Source of the DNA: Balanoglossus misakiensis
Lineage: Eukaryota > Animalia > Hemichordata
Reading direction: 5' to 3'
Length of the DNA stretch: 64,000 nt
NCBI GenBank assembly: GCA_040954595.2
Contig: CM082576.2
Location: 17,717,028-17,781,027 of the forward strand
Of this stretch, positions 59,403-64,000 are shown in pieces. The position numbers and the translations under genes are program-made. The notes below the pieces were generated by a model, which saw nothing but the letters and a program-made list of their open reading frames with translations, searched no databases and was not told the origin of the DNA. The first letter of the stretch is position 1, and each line of letters starts with the position of its first letter.

Positions 59403-62058
59403 ATGTCGAAATTTATTCGTGTAACTGACAAAGTCAGGACCGGCGAAGCAGTCGAACTTCCAACAGAGGAAAATGGGACAGTTTTACTCAGTACATTGGA
59501 AGGTCAGTTTCCCGGTGCATGTGGCCTGAGATATTCAGTGCGTCACGATCGTGGTGGCTCAGTTGTGAGAGGAATTCGGATGGAAGAACGTGTTTTCTAC
59601 GCACCGTCCTGTGGATGGGACGGCGTTGATCTATATGTTGTATATTCCGATGACAGAAGAAAAGGTGAGTGGTGAAATTATGGCAATAATTGGTGATCGT
59701 TTCGGATGTGATTTACATGAAGGGACGCGGACGTTGGACGGATGGACGCACGCGGTCTGCTGTAAAGAAAGGTTGCCAAGCTGACAAAAATCAGAATAAT
59801 TTGCCCTGAGTGTCGGTAGTTTTTAGAAGTCTATAGTTGGAGCCTAGTTTTCTGAAAATTCTGATTTTCACCGAAGGTGTATAGATGAGAAAACAACTGA
59901 AGAAGAAAAGGCTAATTACTAGTAGTTTCATGTTTGTACATGTGTGCAGCTAGGTGTAATCAGCAATATTAGCGCCAAAATGTAGCATTTCTGTGAGGTG
60001 AGGCATTGTAACAAAATTGTTCTACCACATTCGCTACAGTGGGGTCATAGTAAACATTGTCTGTTGCTGTATATGTTGTGACGTGATTAAATTTCGATGT
60101 CATGTTCTAACAAATATTCATTTGGTGTTTTAGTTTCAGTTACTGAGGAATGCAGGAAAGGTGTTGGTCTATTTGGCAAAGTCAAATCTTTCCAGACTTA
60201 CAAAAATGAGAAGACCTCCTCTGACTTCAGAAAACTGCCTTTTTCCAGTAGCAAGAAGAAATCAAAGCAAGAAGATGACATTGTTACTATAAATATTGGT
60301 GCCATGTCTTTCGATGAGAAAACAGGGAAACTGAAATCCCACTGGGGTAAACGTTTGCCTATTAAAGTTGAAAAAAATGCAAATTACTCAACAATTTTGG
60401 AAATTGGTTTGAGTAAATGGAAAGCTTTTGGGAGAAATTTTATCAAGGATGGCATGAAGTATTTTCTTCTCTTTGATGATGGCTCTAGAGCTCTTTTCAT
60501 ACCAGGAGAAGAGAAAAAAGAGTTTTTTACTCTTTGTAAATATAAAGAAGCTTTAGGTAAGGAGTACAAAAGAATATGCTTGTATCTCTGTGCAGAGAGT
60601 GATTTTGATAAATCGCAGGGATTTAATGATTGTGATGTAGGAGTTGATGATGAGTTGCTTTGTAATTATGATGTTGACGAAAGTAATTGTAATTATGATG
60701 TTGACGAAAGTAATTCTAATTATGATGTTGACAAAAGTAATTGTAATTATGATGTTGACAAAAGTAAGAGGAGGAGAGTGAAATTGGGTGAGACGTCCAA
60801 CACAAGTCAAACTCATGTAGTGTCTGATGATGGATATGCCATGCTTTTCAGTGATGACATTGGTGATCAATTCTCTGATTCCGAAAATGATGTCAATCTA
60901 GAGTCTCCTAAATTCCCTGAAGAAATACCACTTGAAGATATTCTGAGTAATTTGGCAAAACAGATTAACCAAGAAAAAATATCAAAGTTTAACATTGCAA
61001 GGAATAATCTTTTTGAAGGTGTGAAAAGAGGGTTAAAGCGAAAGACATTTAGTCCTTGCAATAAACTCTCTGTCAAACTTACAGATGATGTGGGTTCCTC
61101 AGAGGGGGCTGTTGATGCTGGAGGCCCTATGAGAGAAATGCTGTCTCTCAGTGTGAGCTATATCACACATTCTCAGTTGTTTGATGGTGATGAACATCAG
61201 AAATACATTTCCTGTGTGAGCAAATGTATTGATGAGAATGAATACTTCTATGCTGGGCAAGTGATTGCCATGTCTTTACTTCATGGGGGTCCTCTACCAC
61301 ATTGTTTTGCTGAGCACTTTTTTGATGCTGTTGTATTTGGGCCAGACAGTGCAAAACCTACATTGGATGACCTCCCACAGGATAGTTATGCTAAAAATGA
61401 GTTGACAAAGTTGAAGAATGCCCCTTTAACTGAGGTTGATAGTGTGGTAACTGGAAGCTTGGATAATTTCCTTGAATTAGCTGGGACATGGAAAATAATG
61501 AGATGTGAAGATGACAAAGATAGGGTTATCCTGTCCACAGTAAAGTGGTATTTATATGGAAGGAACAGACCAGCACTTGACTAATTTAGAGACGGTCTGT
61601 CTACCCTTGGAGTTCTTGCAGCCATGCAGCAGTATCCAAATAGTTTCAAGTCAGCATTCTGCCAAAAAAGCATCACTCTCACAGCAGATATGTTTGCTGA
61701 TGTTGACAGGGTAAAATACACAAGAAGTGAAATTGGATCTAATAGACACATTGTTGAAAGTAATGTATTATCCTACTGGGCAGACTTTCTTCAGGATGTT
61801 GAAGAGGGTGAAGTTTCCAACATAACACTTTCACAAATTCTCATGTTCATTACTGGTTGCAGTGAATTTGTGTATGGATTAACATTAGAAATTCAATTTC
61901 TACATCAAAATGAGGAAACTGGTACACCATCAAGGTTTCCTAAGGCCAATACTTGTGCTTGTATACTTCATTTACCTGTTATACATAAAACATACCATGA
62001 CTTCAAAAACGATGTTGCATTTGACATTGCAAATGCTAAGGGTTTTGGATATGCCTGA
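59403..62058 (+). pseudogene. Two-exon TDP-43-N-terminal-domain - HECT E3 ligase fusion, one premature stop
   Basis: Exon 1 59403-59664 (donor AAAG|GTGAGT, phase 1); exon 2 from 60134 or 60140 (both in phase). HECT motifs SEGAVDAGGPMRE, YFYAGQVIAMSLLHGGP, ILMFITG, FPKANTC, FGYA*. Single in-frame TAA at 61582. Confidence 0.87.
60661..60767 (+). repeat. 27-bp coding tandem repeat (CNYDVDESN x4)
   Basis: tgtaattatgatgttgac(g/a)aaagtaat x4. Confidence 0.9.
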
Positions 62059-63485
62059 ACATTAAAGTGTAAAATGAGACATAACTACAGTTTTTCATCT
62101 ATTTTCACACGGTGTCCAGACTCGGCCATTCACTGATGACCAAGCTTAAGTTCACACACTATTTTTAAACCTCAGAAGCAAGTTAAGCAAATTCTATGTA
62201 ATAAGATGTGCTGCTGTTTATGCATTCAACTGCCAAACAGTACACCTGGTATGCAAGAGATTTGATTTTGCCTTTTGGCAAGTGGTTTCACTGTTCAGGT
62301 GTGATAAATTTAGACAAAATTGTTCCAGATTTGTGCCAGAGAAAAAACATTGTTCCCAATGTCATCACTACAAATGTGCATGTGTTAATGTTGCCCATTT
62401 ATGAATGTCTATCAATGGACAAAACATTTTATTGGGAAATCAGTAAGAAAAGAGTAGTTTTTACCTTTTTTACTTCGTTCTCCTTTAAAAAGTGTTCAAA
62501 ATTCTGGTGAGCATCAGTTGTTTAAACCGATTCGTGTAGTAGTCACAAGTTTTAGAATAGAACTGTACTCTGTAGTATATTATATTGTGCTTGATCGACC
62601 AGTTTAGGGTTTAACCTTCTGTTAGATGTTTACTATAACACTTGGAAATAAAAAATGATACTCTGTTCATAAATTAGTTGTGTATGTTCATTAAAGTGTG
62701 TGTGAACACCATTATGTCATGAAACGAGGTAATGCTGTACTAATGTCAGTGTGTGTGTGTGTGTGTGAATATGACATAGTGTGTGACATTTGGGAATTAT
62801 GACTTGCTAATTGACAGCTAATTTGCATATTTAATGATTCTATGCAATTAGCAATACAACTCTTGAAATACTGTTCTGATATTCATGAAATTTGCCAGCT
62901 TATACTGTTTTTTACACAGATCAAACAAAACCTCACTGCTGCCATTTTGGCAATAATTTCAGATTTTCAACATTAATTTGGTGTATTTGCAATATATCAT
63001 AAAACTACAGTAAGAATCCCAAACTGATCTTAGGGGAGAACCATTTGATTTTTTTGGGTGGGGGGGGGGGGTTATTGCAGAAGGAAACAAATTCATTTGC
63101 AATGCCATGTTTGAAATGGAGTAAAGAATGTCACACAAGTTAGAAAATCTCATTCTTTCATTTTTAGGCACTTGTCAGTTTATGAGCAGTTTATTCTTGT
63201 CCACCGTTCATTTGAATAATTTGGCAATCAAAATGATAGGTAAAATGAACAAATCTACGCTATTTTGATTTTTATGAATATATTTTATTAGATTCAAAGA
63301 CAATCTTACTACCATGTTTGCTTGGATTACTACCAATTTAAAAATGCGGTAGTCACAACTGATTGCTGCGAAAAATGTTTATTTCGAGCCATGTTTTGCA
63401 GCAAGTATATCACAGACTGGACTGGAAAATGTCGCTCTCCCGTTGGTGAAGGAAGCGCCCTCAATCGACGGGTTTACATGTCTAA

Positions 63486-64000
63486 TTATACACCATCATT
63501 TGCGCACATAAGTAAATGCTCATACAGCTCTTTTGCCTCGCGCCAATTTGCTGGTTCGGACAGGTTTAAATATCGAAACACATATTGGAAATACTCCTGG
63601 TTTTCATTATTATAATCTACTTCAATGATTAGGGTTTCTGCATAATTTATTTCATGTTCTGGTACAGGCAACATCAAATTGTCAGTGCCACCATGGTGCT
63701 CTGGGAGGAAATACAATGAATCAGGTCTCCCACTGACGGTTTCATGTCAAGATTTTCTTATGTAGTGTGTGTTCCAATTTTCCTTCACATGATTTAAATC
63801 TTCTTGGAGGAGACGGGCAAAACAAAACCACAAACACTCCTTATGTAGTGTGTTACTACTGTCAAAGGTACCCTGTGCTTCAAAATCTTCTTACGATTGA
63901 TCCACCATGTCGAATGATTTCTGCGCAGAAACGACCACCATGCCTCAATTCTTTGATTACGTTGTGATGCAACATATCTATGTGCATCTGAGTTATCGCG
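63486..64000 (-). pseudogene. C-terminal part of IS3EU-like transposase of element 2
   Basis: Minus strand reads HRYVASQRNQRIEAWWSFLRR...WWIN/DFE...ECLWFCF..LLQEDL..VKENWNTHYIRKS*HETVSGRPDSLYFLPE; one frameshift and one stop. Confidence 0.85.

Larger units (their letters stand above)
58836..64000 (-). mobile_element. IS3EU-like DDE DNA transposon 2 (runs off the window)
   Basis: Own subterminal repeat array, HECT gene on +, transposase C-terminus on -; same convergent layout as element 1. Confidence 0.75.

Noticed and set aside
59403-59675. Host TARDBP (TDP-43) gene
   Set aside because: Only the N-terminal domain is present; no RRM exons follow, and it splices in phase to a HECT ORF within a transposon.

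Overview
Eukaryotic DNA, probably from a marine invertebrate (GT-AG introns, microsatellites, LINEs; the taxon is an inference). The window is almost entirely nested transposable elements, with no ordinary host gene. From left to right: (1) a BEL/Pao pol fragment; (2) a Gypsy 3' end whose LTR carries a ~45-50-bp satellite, split by a full-length Gmr1-type Gypsy (PR-INT-RT-RH) that itself holds two L2 insertions and a split-direct-repeat tyrosine-recombinase retroelement; (3) a GalEa-like Copia; (4) a DIRS element split by a young, intact chromodomain Gypsy and two LINE pieces; (5) a Penelope-like hammerhead; (6) a second complete Gypsy; (7) Crypton- and Kolobok-like MITEs. The most striking part is 48.7-64 kb, which holds two adjacent IS3EU-like DDE transposons, each pairing its transposase with a convergently transcribed, spliced HECT E3 ubiquitin ligase gene. 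In the first element both transposase and ligase begin with similar SAM-like domains. In the second the ligase begins with a close homologue of the TDP-43 N-terminal domain. This suggests a transposon-borne ubiquitination module using swappable head-to-tail polymerisation domains. All family assignments come from motif recognition by eye; no searches were run.
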